Part shown: positions 48,405 to 57,618 of the stretch, one piece after another
Layout of the letters: every line of letters starts with the position of its first letter
Numbering within the stretch: the stretch's first letter is position 1
Source of the DNA: a bacterium
GTDB taxonomy: Bacteria; RBG-13-61-14; DATKZS01
DNA: 64,000 nt
NCBI GenBank assembly: GCA_963674965.2
Contig: CAXXFL010000004.1
Span: 224,001 to 288,000 of the forward strand
Reading direction: 5' to 3'
Program-made: the position numbers and the translations under genes
Notes under the pieces: generated by a model
The model's database searches: none
Told to the model about the DNA's origin: nothing
What the model saw: only the letters and a program-made list of their open reading frames with translations

Positions 48405-49508
48405 CTACCTCAGCTTGAGCGTGGCCAGCGCGAAGAGGACGAGCAGAATCTGCACGATCCAGAATCGCACGATCACTTTTTCCTCGTGCCACCCCTTTTG
48501 CTCGAAGTGGTGGTGGAGAGGGGCCATCATGAAAATCCTTTTGCCTCCCGTGGCCTTGAAATATCCCACCTGGAGGATCACCGACAGGGTCTCGGCCACG
48601 AATATTCCGCCGGCGATGAGGAGTATGAACTCGTGCTTGGTGGCCACGGCCACGCATCCCAGGGCCCCTCCCAGGCTGAGCGCCCCCACGTCTCCCATGA
48701 AGACCTCGGCCGGGTGACAGTTGTACCAGAGGAACCCTAGACCGGCGCCCATCAGCGCCCCGCAGAAGACCGTCAATTCCTCGGCCCCGTAAATAAAGGG
48801 GATATAAAGGTAGGCCGAGGCGTCGGTCCTGGCCGCCAGGTAGGCGATGGCCGCGTAGGTCATGGCCACCATGATGACCGGAAAAATGGCCAGCCCGTCC
48901 AGCCCGTCCGTCAGGTTGACCGAGTTGGCCCCGGAAAGCAGGACCACGAGGGCGAACACGAGGTAGAAGGCCCCCAGGTCGGGCGCCAGTTCCTTGAAAA
49001 AGGGGAACCGGAGGACGGTGTCGAACCCGCCCGAGTCGCCCGGCATGTCGTTGGCTGCGTAGGCCATGAACAGTATGGCCGCCAGTCCAATGACCGCCTC
49101 GAGCACGATCTTGTATTTTCCGCTCAGTCCTCCCGAGTCCTTGCGCTTGATTTTCATGTAGTCGTCGGCGAAGCCCACGGCCCCGTACCCGACGGCCACT
49201 ATTAATACGGCGATGAGGTAGACGTTGCCCACGTCGGCCCACAAAAGGGTCGAGGCCACGATCGATCCGACTATGAAGACCCCTCCCATGGTGGGCGTGC
49301 CGGCCTTGCTGAGGTGGGTCTCGGGCCCGTCGTCCCTTATAACCTGTCCGACCTTCATCTCGGCCAGCCGCCTGATGACCCTGGGCCCGGCGAGCACGGC
49401 GATTATAAAGGACGTGAACATGGCCAGTCCCGACCGAACGGTCACGTACCCGAACACGTTGAAGAACGAGTCGAGCCACACGAGCTTTGTCAGTAAGTAA
49501 AATAGCAT
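48405..49508 (-). CDS. mraY: Phospho-MurNAc-pentapeptide transferase
   Basis: KAGTPTMGG, NLTDGLDGL, FMGDVG, MAPLHHHFE. Confidence 0.98.
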   Translation of the reverse strand: MLFYLLTKLVWLDSFFNVFGYVTVRSGLAMFTSFIIAVLAGPRVIRRLAEMKVGQVIRDDGPETHLSKAGTPTMGGVFIVGSIVASTLLWADVGNVYLIAVLIVAVGYGAVGFADDYMKIKRKDSGGLSGKYKIVLEAVIGLAAILFMAYAANDMPGDSGGFDTVLRFPFFKELAPDLGAFYLVFALVVLLSGANSVNLTDGLDGLAIFPVIMVAMTYAAIAYLAARTDASAYLYIPFIYGAEELTVFCGALMGAGLGFLWYNCHPAEVFMGDVGALSLGGALGCVAVATKHEFILLIAGGIFVAETLSVILQVGYFKATGGKRIFMMAPLHHHFEQKGWHEEKVIVRFWIVQILLVLFALATLKLR

Positions 49509-49514
49509 CCTATC

Positions 49515-50933
49515 TCATCCGGCGATCGCCCTGGCGACCTCCTCCATTTTCATCGACCTCGAGCCCTTGACCAGGACCCAGTCTCCGCCCCGAAGGCTCC
49601 GGCGCAGGACCTCGATGGCCCGGCCGTTGTCCTTGACCGCCATCACCCCGTTCTTTTCGGCGCCCGCCTCGATCGCCGCCTCCACCATGGCCTCCGAGTG
49701 GGGGCCCCTGGCGATCAGAAGCTCGACCCCCGTCTCGGCCGCCTTTTTGCCGATGGCCCGGTGGTATTTCTCCGCGTCCTTGCCCAGCTCGAGCATGGAG
49801 CCAAGGACCGCCACGCCCCTCATGGGTCCCCGCCACCACTTCATGGTCTCGAGGGCGTCCTCGACCGAGGCCGGGCTGGCGTTGTAAAAATCGTTTATTA
49901 CCAGCACTCCCTTTTTCGAGCGCGTGACCTCGCCCCTTCCGGGCACTCCCTTGAATCCCCGGAGCCGCTCGCTGGCCGTCTGGAGGGACACTCCCATGGC
50001 CCCGGCCAGGGCGCAGGCGGCCAGGGCGTTGATCGCGTTGCTGGGAGATAGGGTCCAGAGTTTGAACTCGACGGTCTTTCCCGTCTTGCGGGTCCCTTTT
50101 CTCCTGGAGATGGCGAACCTGACCATGGGTTTTCCGCCGCGGACCTCCTTTTCGACCCGCTCGAGAAGCAGCCATTCTCCCTTGAACGCCGCGTCTTGCC
50201 TGGCGCTATAACCGACGATTTTGCCCTTGAATCGCTTGGCCTTTCGCTCGATCAGGCGGTCGTCGAGGTTAAGGATGAAGGTCGAGTCGCCGGACAGTCC
50301 GTTTATCATTTCCGCCTTGGCCCTGGCCACGCCCTCGATCGATCCCAGCCCCTCGAGGTGGGCCGGGGCTATCCTGGTGATGAGTCCCACTTCGGGCCTG
50401 GCTATCTCGACGAGCCTGGCGATCTCTCCCGGCTCGTTCATTCCCATCTCGAGCACCGCGAAGTCGTGGCTCCCGTTGAGCCTGAAAACGGTCAGGGGCA
50501 GTCCCACCCCGTTATTGAAGTTGCCCTCGTTCTTCAGGGTCCTTCCCGCTCCCGAGAGGATGGCGGCGGCCATTTCCTTGGTGGTGGTCTTGGCCACGGA
50601 CCCGGTGATCGCCGCGACCCTGGGGGAGTGGGAAGCCAAGTGATACGCCGCCAGGTCGCCCAGGGCCTTGAGGGCGTCGCCGACCTCGACCAGCGTCAAG
50701 CCGGCGGGGACCTTCTTGCCTCCCTTTTCCGCCAGCATCCAGGCCGCTCCCGCCTCGAGCGCTTTCCGGGCGAAGTCGCGCCCGTCGAACCTTTCGCCCC
50801 TGAGCGCCACGAAGGCGTCTTTCGGCTTCATGGTCCGCGTGTCGGTGGACACGCCCCTGGCCGTCCGGCCGGGATCGCCGCTCACGAGCTTTCCTCCCAC
50901 GATACTGGCCGCCTTTTTCGCCGTCAGCTTCAT
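49515..50933 (-). CDS. murF: UDP-MurNAc-tripeptide--D-Ala-D-Ala ligase
   Basis: ITGSVAKTTTKE, NFNNGVG, EMGMN, DFYNASP, LVKGSR. Confidence 0.97.
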   Translation of the reverse strand: MKLTAKKAASIVGGKLVSGDPGRTARGVSTDTRTMKPKDAFVALRGERFDGRDFARKALEAGAAWMLAEKGGKKVPAGLTLVEVGDALKALGDLAAYHLASHSPRVAAITGSVAKTTTKEMAAAILSGAGRTLKNEGNFNNGVGLPLTVFRLNGSHDFAVLEMGMNEPGEIARLVEIARPEVGLITRIAPAHLEGLGSIEGVARAKAEMINGLSGDSTFILNLDDRLIERKAKRFKGKIVGYSARQDAAFKGEWLLLERVEKEVRGGKPMVRFAISRRKGTRKTGKTVEFKLWTLSPSNAINALAACALAGAMGVSLQTASERLRGFKGVPGRGEVTRSKKGVLVINDFYNASPASVEDALETMKWWRGPMRGVAVLGSMLELGKDAEKYHRAIGKKAAETGVELLIARGPHSEAMVEAAIEAGAEKNGVMAVKDNGRAIEVLRRSLRGGDWVLVKGSRSMKMEEVARAIAG

Positions 50934-52519
50934 TTTCTTTCCTTTTCCATCAGAGCGAGGCGGGCCTCCTCACGGTCGTCGAAGTGGGTCTTCTCGCCTC
51001 CAATTATCTGATAGTCCTCGTGTCCCTTCCCGGCTATCAAAACGATATCGCCGGGCTCGGCCGCCTGGATGGCGGCGCGTATGGCCTTCCTCCGGTCGGG
51101 CTCGACCAGGCGTTCCCCCGGGGTCGGTCCATCTTCCCTTTTTCCCCGCCTGACCGCTCCCTGGTCCTTGTCCTTTTTCTCCGCCAACTCCCTGATCCCG
51201 GCCATGACGTCCTCGATTATCTTGTCCGGGTCCTCGGTGCGCGGATTGTCCGAGGTAACCACGGTCAGGTTCGAGCCGCATACCGCGATCTTGCCCATCT
51301 CCGGCCTCTTGCCGGGATCGCGGTCCCCGCCGCATCCGAAAACGGTGATAAGCCTCTTCCTCGCCAGGCCCCGGCAGGTCTCGACCGCGTGGGAGAGAGC
51401 GTCGGGGGTGTGAGCGTAATCGACCAGGACGGTGACGCCGGACGAGTTTTCGACGGGCTCGAGTCTGCCCGGGACCTTCTTCAGTTCCCTGACGCCCATC
51501 CTGATCGTCTCCGGGCTTATGCCCCGGCCGATAAGGATCGAGACGGCCGCCAGGATATTCTCCAGGTTGTGCTCCCCCACCAGTCTCGACTCGATATTGA
51601 ACTCGGCGTCCCCGGACTCGATCCTGGCCTTGATACCGCCGCTGGAGATATCGACGTTCTTGGCCTTAACTTTGGCCCAGGCCGAGGTCAGTCCGTAGCC
51701 GAGGTAGCCGGTAGCGTTCTTTTCCATCTCGAGGGCAAGGGCCGTTCCCCTGGGGTCGTCCAGGTTCAGCGCCGCCAGGGGCTCGGGCCCGTCCTTTTCC
51801 GAGACCTCGGCCCACTTCCCGAGTATGACCTCGGTGAAGAGCTTTTTCTTGGCCTCGAAGTACTCGTCCATGTCCGCGTGATAATCGAGATGGTCCCGCG
51901 AGAGGTTGGTGAAAACGGCGCTCCTTATTTTCATCCCGGCCACGCGTTTTTGATCGAGGGCATGGGAGCTTATTTCCATAACCACGTGGGTGGCCCCCTC
52001 CCTTTGGACCTCCTCCATTATCTTGATCAAATCCATCGACTCGGGCGTGGTGTTGTCGGCCGGCCACGCCTTGTTTCCAAACCTGTACTCGATCGTCCCG
52101 ATGACGGCTGGTTTCTTTCCGGCGCTTTTCAGGATGGACTCGATGAGATAGGTGACGGTGGTCTTTCCGTTCGTTCCCGTCACCCCGATGATATCGAGCT
52201 TGAGATCGGGTCGTCCATACATCCTGGCGGCGGCCATGCCCATGACGAGTCTCACGTCCTCGGCCACCGCGACGGGAACGCCCAGTCCCTCGAGGGGCCG
52301 GGAGGCCAGGACGGCCGCGGCCCCGGCCCGGACGGCCACGGCGGCGAACTCGGAGCCGTCCACCTTGGTCCCGGGCACGGCCACGAACAGGTCGTCCTTT
52401 TCCACCCGTCTCGAGTCGCGGCATATCCCTCCCACCAGGATCTCGGACCCGACCTGATTCTTGATCCCGGGCAGTCCCTCCAGGAGGACGTCGAGCCTTA
52501 CCTTGCCTTCCATTTTCAC
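50930..52519 (-). CDS. murE: UDP-MurNAc-dipeptide--meso-DAP ligase
   Basis: GTNGKTT, DYAHTPD, GCGGDRD, DNPR (DAP-type), AGKGHE; GTG start overlaps the ftsI stop. Confidence 0.97.
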   Translation of the reverse strand: MKMEGKVRLDVLLEGLPGIKNQVGSEILVGGICRDSRRVEKDDLFVAVPGTKVDGSEFAAVAVRAGAAAVLASRPLEGLGVPVAVAEDVRLVMGMAAARMYGRPDLKLDIIGVTGTNGKTTVTYLIESILKSAGKKPAVIGTIEYRFGNKAWPADNTTPESMDLIKIMEEVQREGATHVVMEISSHALDQKRVAGMKIRSAVFTNLSRDHLDYHADMDEYFEAKKKLFTEVILGKWAEVSEKDGPEPLAALNLDDPRGTALALEMEKNATGYLGYGLTSAWAKVKAKNVDISSGGIKARIESGDAEFNIESRLVGEHNLENILAAVSILIGRGISPETIRMGVRELKKVPGRLEPVENSSGVTVLVDYAHTPDALSHAVETCRGLARKRLITVFGCGGDRDPGKRPEMGKIAVCGSNLTVVTSDNPRTEDPDKIIEDVMAGIRELAEKKDKDQGAVRRGKREDGPTPGERLVEPDRRKAIRAAIQAAEPGDIVLIAGKGHEDYQIIGGEKTHFDDREEARLALMEKERK

Positions 52520-54558
52520 GGCGCGTCCTCCAGCCCCAGATACAGGGCGCTCATCTCGTAAACCCTCGAGTTGGCCGGAGGGTCCTGACTCGTCACTATG
52601 CCCGAGCCCTCGACCCTTACCAGCAAAGGAAGCGACTCGAGCTCGACAAGGGCCCCGCGCAAGGTGAGTCCTCTCAGCTCGGGGATGGTCACCGTCCCGT
52701 CGCCCGCGACCCCGGAGGGAGTAACCTGGTACTCCCGGGCCTCCTCCCAGAGGGCTATACGGCGGGCCGCCTCCGACTCGACCGAGTCTCCGAAGCCGTA
52801 GTCCATGACCGAGATGGGAGTGGCGCCGTCCTCGGAGGGGACCTTGAGAAGGTTCATGGCCTTGGCCGCGATGGCCTGAAAAACGGGCGCCGCCGCCTGG
52901 CCGCCGTAATGCAGCCTCTTGATCGGCTCGTCCACCACCACGATCATGGCCAGCCTGGGCTCGCCGGCGGGCAGGAACCCCATAAAGGAAGCCACGTAGG
53001 CGTTCTCGGCGTAACCGCCTCCCTTCCCGACCTTCTGCGCCGTTCCCGTTTTGCCGGCCACGGCGTAGCCGGGCACGTGAGCGTTCTTGCCCGTGCCCTG
53101 GTCGGAAACGACCATCTCCATGAAACCCGTTATCTTTTTCGCCGTATCCTCGCCCACGACTCTCCTCGCCTCTCCAGCGGCTCGCCATTTTTCCTCGCTC
53201 CCGTCGGGATATATGACCCTGTCCACGAGGCGGGGCGGGTTCATTACCCCGCCGTTGGCCAGGGCGCAAAGGGCGGCGGTCATTTGGAGGGGAGTCACGG
53301 CCACGCCCTGCCCGAAGGCGATGGTGCCCACGGCCACCCTCGACCAGTCTTTCGCCGGCCTCAGTATCCCCCTGGCCTCGCCGGGAAAATCTATGCCCGT
53401 CTTCTCCCCGAAGCCGAACTTCCGTATGTACGAGTACATGACCTCGGGCCCTAGTCTTTCCCCTATCTTGGCGGCCCCGATGTTGGAGGACTGGGCCAAT
53501 ATCTCACCCACCGTCATCCAGCCGTGGGAGGAAGTGTCGTTAATGGTCTCGCCTCCCAAAACGTAGCTGCCGTTCTCGGCGAAGAAGCTCTCGTTCTCCC
53601 TGATGACGCCCTCCTCGAGGGCGGCGGCTATGGTGAAGGCCTTGAAGGTGCTGCCCGGCTCGTACACGCTGGTAACGCACAGGTTCCTGTAATTTTCCTG
53701 CGAGTACTTCCCGAAATCGTTGGGGTCGTAGCCGGGATATGAGGCCATGGCCAAAACGTCTCCCGTTCTGGGGTCCATGGCCACCACGCATCCGGACTTG
53801 GCCTGGGCGCGCCTTATTCCGGCCTCGAGTTCCCTCTCGACCACGAACTGCAGCGGCCTCATGATGGTAAGCGCCGCGGAGGGCGACTTGATCGAGTCGT
53901 CGGCCGCCTCCGCCCGTTTTCCGTCCTTATCCGGTCCCTCGTCGAGTCCCGAGACTCTTATCTGGTTTCCCCTGGCGTCTCTTTCCATGGCGACCCTGAT
54001 CGGCTCTCCCGCCAGAAGGTCCTCGAGCCCGTACTCGAGGCCCTCGAGGCCGTTGCCGTCAAGGCCGGTAAAACCGACGAGGTGCGCCGCCAGCGGCCCG
54101 CCCGGGTACTTTCTTCTGGAGGCGGGCAGAAATCCCACGCCCTTGAGGCCGAGCTTCTCGATCTTCTCGGCCTTGTCCAGGGAAAGGGACCTGTCGAGCC
54201 AGACGAAACCGTCGTCGGACCTTAATTTCGCCAGCAGGTCGGACTCCTTGAGGGACAGCTCGGAGGCGAGCAGGCGGGCGACCTTTTTCTCGTCCTCCAC
54301 CTCGCCCGGTCTCACGTAGAGTTGGGCCTCCTCCATCGAGACGGCCAGGGGCTCGCCTCTCACGTCCAGGATGTCCCCCCGTTTCATTTTTATCTCCCGG
54401 GTGTGAACGTGCTGGCGGGAGGCTATCTCCTTCAAGACCTCCGAGTCAAGGATCATAAGGTCCACCGCGCGCGCTACTATGCCCAGCGCTCCGGCCCCGA
54501 GGAGGGCGAGAACGATAACCATCCTGAGCTTAAGCCCCTTGGACGCGATGTAATTCAT
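52516..54558 (-). CDS. ftsI: Class B PBP FtsI/PBP3 with a C-terminal PASTA domain
   Basis: EPGSTFK, SSNIG, GKTGTAQ; C-terminal PELRGLTLRGA...QDPP. Confidence 0.97.
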   Translation of the reverse strand: MNYIASKGLKLRMVIVLALLGAGALGIVARAVDLMILDSEVLKEIASRQHVHTREIKMKRGDILDVRGEPLAVSMEEAQLYVRPGEVEDEKKVARLLASELSLKESDLLAKLRSDDGFVWLDRSLSLDKAEKIEKLGLKGVGFLPASRRKYPGGPLAAHLVGFTGLDGNGLEGLEYGLEDLLAGEPIRVAMERDARGNQIRVSGLDEGPDKDGKRAEAADDSIKSPSAALTIMRPLQFVVERELEAGIRRAQAKSGCVVAMDPRTGDVLAMASYPGYDPNDFGKYSQENYRNLCVTSVYEPGSTFKAFTIAAALEEGVIRENESFFAENGSYVLGGETINDTSSHGWMTVGEILAQSSNIGAAKIGERLGPEVMYSYIRKFGFGEKTGIDFPGEARGILRPAKDWSRVAVGTIAFGQGVAVTPLQMTAALCALANGGVMNPPRLVDRVIYPDGSEEKWRAAGEARRVVGEDTAKKITGFMEMVVSDQGTGKNAHVPGYAVAGKTGTAQKVGKGGGYAENAYVASFMGFLPAGEPRLAMIVVVDEPIKRLHYGGQAAAPVFQAIAAKAMNLLKVPSEDGATPISVMDYGFGDSVESEAARRIALWEEAREYQVTPSGVAGDGTVTIPELRGLTLRGALVELESLPLLVRVEGSGIVTSQDPPANSRVYEMSALYLGLEDAP

Positions 54559-54829
54559 TGTCCGTCTATCCTAAGCGGGAAGCGAGGCCGAGGGCCTCCT
54601 CCCGTTAAAAACTATTATTAATTCATGGCGCCGGGCGTCGGGGAAGCGGGGGATAACCCGGCCCGGCTATTTCGATCGACAGTCCTCCTTTGTCCGGCTC
54701 GCCAAAATTTTTCCCCCATGTCACGAGTGGGTCGGCGAAACGCCAAGCGGCCGAAACCGGGCCTGTGCCCGCCTTTCGGCTGACCGAGTCGCAAAAAACC
54801 TTTTCCGCCTATCGTTCCATCAATTTTCA

Positions 54830-55041
54830 TTTCAGGGCTTCCGCCGTTGATCGGGGATCAGAGCGCGAGCGTAAAGAGCGTGGAGCTTCCTCTCAACGTA
54901 GACGCGTGAGCGTAGAGCGCCCGATCGAGCCCCGCGTCGCGGCGGGATGGGCCGAACGCGCTTGGGCAATAATCCGGGCTAACGGCGTAATCGCGTGAGC
55001 TTCCACCGAACCGCCCCCGATAAACGGCGCAAGTCCTGAAA
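54830..55041. repeat. 212-bp element bounded by 27-bp imperfect inverted repeats (MITE-like or long-hairpin RNA)
   Basis: TTTCAGGGCTTCCGCCGTTGATCGGGG ... CCCCGATAAACGGCGCAAGTCCTGAAA (24/27 complementary). Confidence 0.7.
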
Positions 55042-55062
55042 CGTCTCCTACCAAATCCAACC

Positions 55063-55476
55063 TCAATTTTCGGACCTTTCCCCGGCCCGTCTGAACGCCA
55101 GCGCGCCGACCTCATGGGCCGGGCGCCTTCCGTATTCCACGTTCCGTATCTGTCCCCGCGAGGGGAACTGCATGCCAAGGTCGTCCCTGGCGATGGTCTC
55201 GATCCTGTCGGGCGAGCGTAAAAGGGCGGCCTGGGCCCTCAGCCTCTCCTTTTGCGCGGCCAGGTCTCTTACCTCACGGGCCAACTCGGAGCCGGCGTAA
55301 CCGAGCCTGACCACCTCGGTCCTGGACCAGACGCAGAACAGACCGGAGGCCGCCAAAAGGGCCACGATGAAGGTGGCGCTCACGAGGGTCCTCACCGAGC
55401 ACCCCCCGACCATCTGGCAGGCCAGGGTGGTCGAGGTCCCTATAAAGTCGTTGATCGTTCCCGTCCTGGTCGACAT
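55063..55476 (-). CDS. ftsL: Cell division protein FtsL
   Basis: TM, coiled coil, LRSPDRIETIARDDLGM; position after rsmH. Confidence 0.9.
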   Translation of the reverse strand: MSTRTGTINDFIGTSTTLACQMVGGCSVRTLVSATFIVALLAASGLFCVWSRTEVVRLGYAGSELAREVRDLAAQKERLRAQAALLRSPDRIETIARDDLGMQFPSRGQIRNVEYGRRPAHEVGALAFRRAGERSEN

Positions 55477-55488
55477 GACCGTTCCCTT

Positions 55489-56451
55489 TCAACCTATCCG
55501 CTCGGCGGCCCGAAGCTTGGCGCTTCTCGCCGCCGGGTTGGCCTTTATTTCCTCGGGCGAGGGCGTGACCGGCTTTCTGGTCAGGGTCCTCATCCTGGGC
55601 TTTCCGCCGCAAACGCACACGGGCAGATCGGGAGGACAGGAGCATCCCCTGGACTCGGCGGCGAAGGCCCGCTTGACTATCCGGTCCTCGAGGGAGTGGT
55701 AGGATATGACCACCGCCCTGCCTCCGGGTCCGAGCAGGCCGGGCAGATCGGCCATGGCCTTCTCGAGTATTTCCAACTCCCGGTTCACGGCTATCCTGAG
55801 GGCCATGAAGGTCCGGGTGGCCGGATGGAGCCCGGTCCCGCGTTTTCTATCCGCCGGCGTCGCGGAATAAACCAGGTCGCGAAGCTCGGCCGCCGTCCGG
55901 ATGGGACCGCTTTTCTCCCTCCTCCTTACTATGGCCCCGGCTATCCTTCTCGAGCGCCTCTCCTCGCCGTATTTCCAGATCAGGCCGGCCAGGGAAGCCT
56001 CGTCCAACTCGGCCAGAAGCTCGGCCGCCGTCGGGCCGCTCTCCCGATCCATGCGCATGTCAAGGGACTCATCGTCGTTGAAGCTCATGCCCCTGCCCCG
56101 GGAGGTAAGCTGGTGGAAAGAAGCGCCCAGGTCGAAAAGGACCCCGCTCGCCTTATCCACGCCCTCCTCCTCGAGTATCTCGGGCAGCTCGTCGTATGTT
56201 CCCTTTTTAATCACTAACCTTTCCTTGAATTCGGCCAACCTGACGGCCGCCTCCTTTATCGCCTCGGCGTCACGGTCTATACCGATCAGCCTCTCGACCT
56301 TCTCGCCGCCCGGGCCGGCCCAGCGTAGAACTTTTTCCGCGTGTCCCCCCCCTCCGAGCGTGCAATCAACGACGAGCATGCCGAGCCCGGGTACGAGAAG
56401 GCGGTCGAGCGTTTCATTGACGAGGACCGGTTCATGAAACTTAATCCTCAT
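55489..56451 (-). CDS. rsmH: 16S rRNA m4C1402 methyltransferase
   Basis: DCTLGGGGHA, LDMRMD, HPATRTFMALRIAVN, YHSLEDR, RSAKLR. Confidence 0.98.
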   Translation of the reverse strand: MRIKFHEPVLVNETLDRLLVPGLGMLVVDCTLGGGGHAEKVLRWAGPGGEKVERLIGIDRDAEAIKEAAVRLAEFKERLVIKKGTYDELPEILEEEGVDKASGVLFDLGASFHQLTSRGRGMSFNDDESLDMRMDRESGPTAAELLAELDEASLAGLIWKYGEERRSRRIAGAIVRRREKSGPIRTAAELRDLVYSATPADRKRGTGLHPATRTFMALRIAVNRELEILEKAMADLPGLLGPGGRAVVISYHSLEDRIVKRAFAAESRGCSCPPDLPVCVCGGKPRMRTLTRKPVTPSPEEIKANPAARSAKLRAAERIG

Positions 56452-56911
56452 CCCTTCGCCGTTCGGTCTTTATCCGGGCCGCCAGCATGGAGTTCTCCTC
56501 GTAGTTCTTTTTGGCTTGCGCGAGGAATTCCTCCCACTTGTCGGGCCGGAATAAAAGTATCCTGTCCTGAAGACCCACGAAGCAGACTTCCTTGTCCAGA
56601 CCCAACTCCTTCCTGAGCTGGGGCGGAATAAGAATCCTGCCCATGCCGTCAACGTCAACGTCCCAGGCGTTGTAACTCTGCATGACCAGATACTGGAAAA
56701 TCCTGGGGTCGTCCTTTGGAAGAGCGTTGTCCTGCTCCTCTTTTTTCCTGTATTCCTCGACCGGAAAAATCTCGATCCGGTCGGGAAGACCGACCAGGGT
56801 AAGGCTCTTCGAGTAGTTAACTTCGAGGATCGAGCGGAACTTAGCCGGCAGGCTGACTCGGCCCTGATTATTAACGTTATGCTCGAAGTATCCCTTAAAC
56901 ATGGTTGACAA
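56441..56911 (-). CDS. mraZ: Division/cell wall cluster transcriptional repressor MraZ (start may be 56902)
   Basis: MFKGYFEH, GRVSLPAKFR, DGMGRILIP; first gene of dcw. Confidence 0.95.
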   Translation of the reverse strand: MSTMFKGYFEHNVNNQGRVSLPAKFRSILEVNYSKSLTLVGLPDRIEIFPVEEYRKKEEQDNALPKDDPRIFQYLVMQSYNAWDVDVDGMGRILIPPQLRKELGLDKEVCFVGLQDRILLFRPDKWEEFLAQAKKNYEENSMLAARIKTERRRDED

Positions 56912-57039
56912 ATCTACTCTTTTTTGCTATTATCCTTTACGGGAAAGATATCATTCCGACTGTCGAAACAATTTTTCTTTATATTTCGGCAGTTTATGAT
57001 TCCAGAAAGACCGGTTTGCATCTTTCCACCGATTATTGA

Positions 57040-57105
57040 GCACCTTTTTGCACTTTTATGCACGATCATGCATCCTAGTTAACCCCAATTCGGAAGTTTT
57101 GTCAA
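57040..57105 (-). promoter_or_regulatory. dcw promoter region with 10-bp-phased repeats (putative MraZ operator)
   Basis: TTGACA at 57105-57100; (A/G)TGC at 57073, 57063, 57053 and 57043 on the minus strand. Confidence 0.65.
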
Positions 57106-57618
57106 GAAATTTCTTTAAAAAATAACGCCTAATTCCACGAGATAAATAAAATACCCACTATGTAGAGCCGAGTTATTAGAGGCCACTACATGTAGATGTG
57201 AATTTTGTGCGTCATTTAACGATGATGGTGCATGAAATGGCAAGTATGTATGGGGAAGGCTGGAATCCCATCGGGGAATGGGAGTATATGCACCGCCATC
57301 TGGATAATCCATTCATCGGGATCGAATCGGAGCGTCGCCGGTTACTCCTTAAAGCGGATTATGGCCAGTCAATCCTATCTTGAAAATTTTCCGACGTTTA
57401 AAGCCGCTATTTATTGTCAAAACAAAAAAAATCATATATTATCTTGCCCAAGGAACAGGCGGGAAGAAGCCTCGGGTGGGGATCACTTTTCTCTTATAAA
57501 AATCCCTTCTTTCCCGTCAATTAATATTGCCGGTTTCATATCGCCCCAGGATATTGGCCGGAACTGAATAAATGTGTACTAAATAATTGTAATATAATAA
57601 TTTTATTAAATATCGGCA

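Noticed and set aside
44782..53269. Long N-terminal extensions of murG (671 aa), murD (814 aa) and murE (779 aa) suggesting fusions
   Set aside because: The extensions are off-frame overlaps with ftsW, mraY and ftsI in GC-rich DNA; likely true starts are 45933, 48399 and 52519
54559..55062. RNase P, 6S, SRP or tmRNA gene
   Set aside because: No GAGGAAAGTCC, SRP loop or tRNA-like ends recognised on either strand
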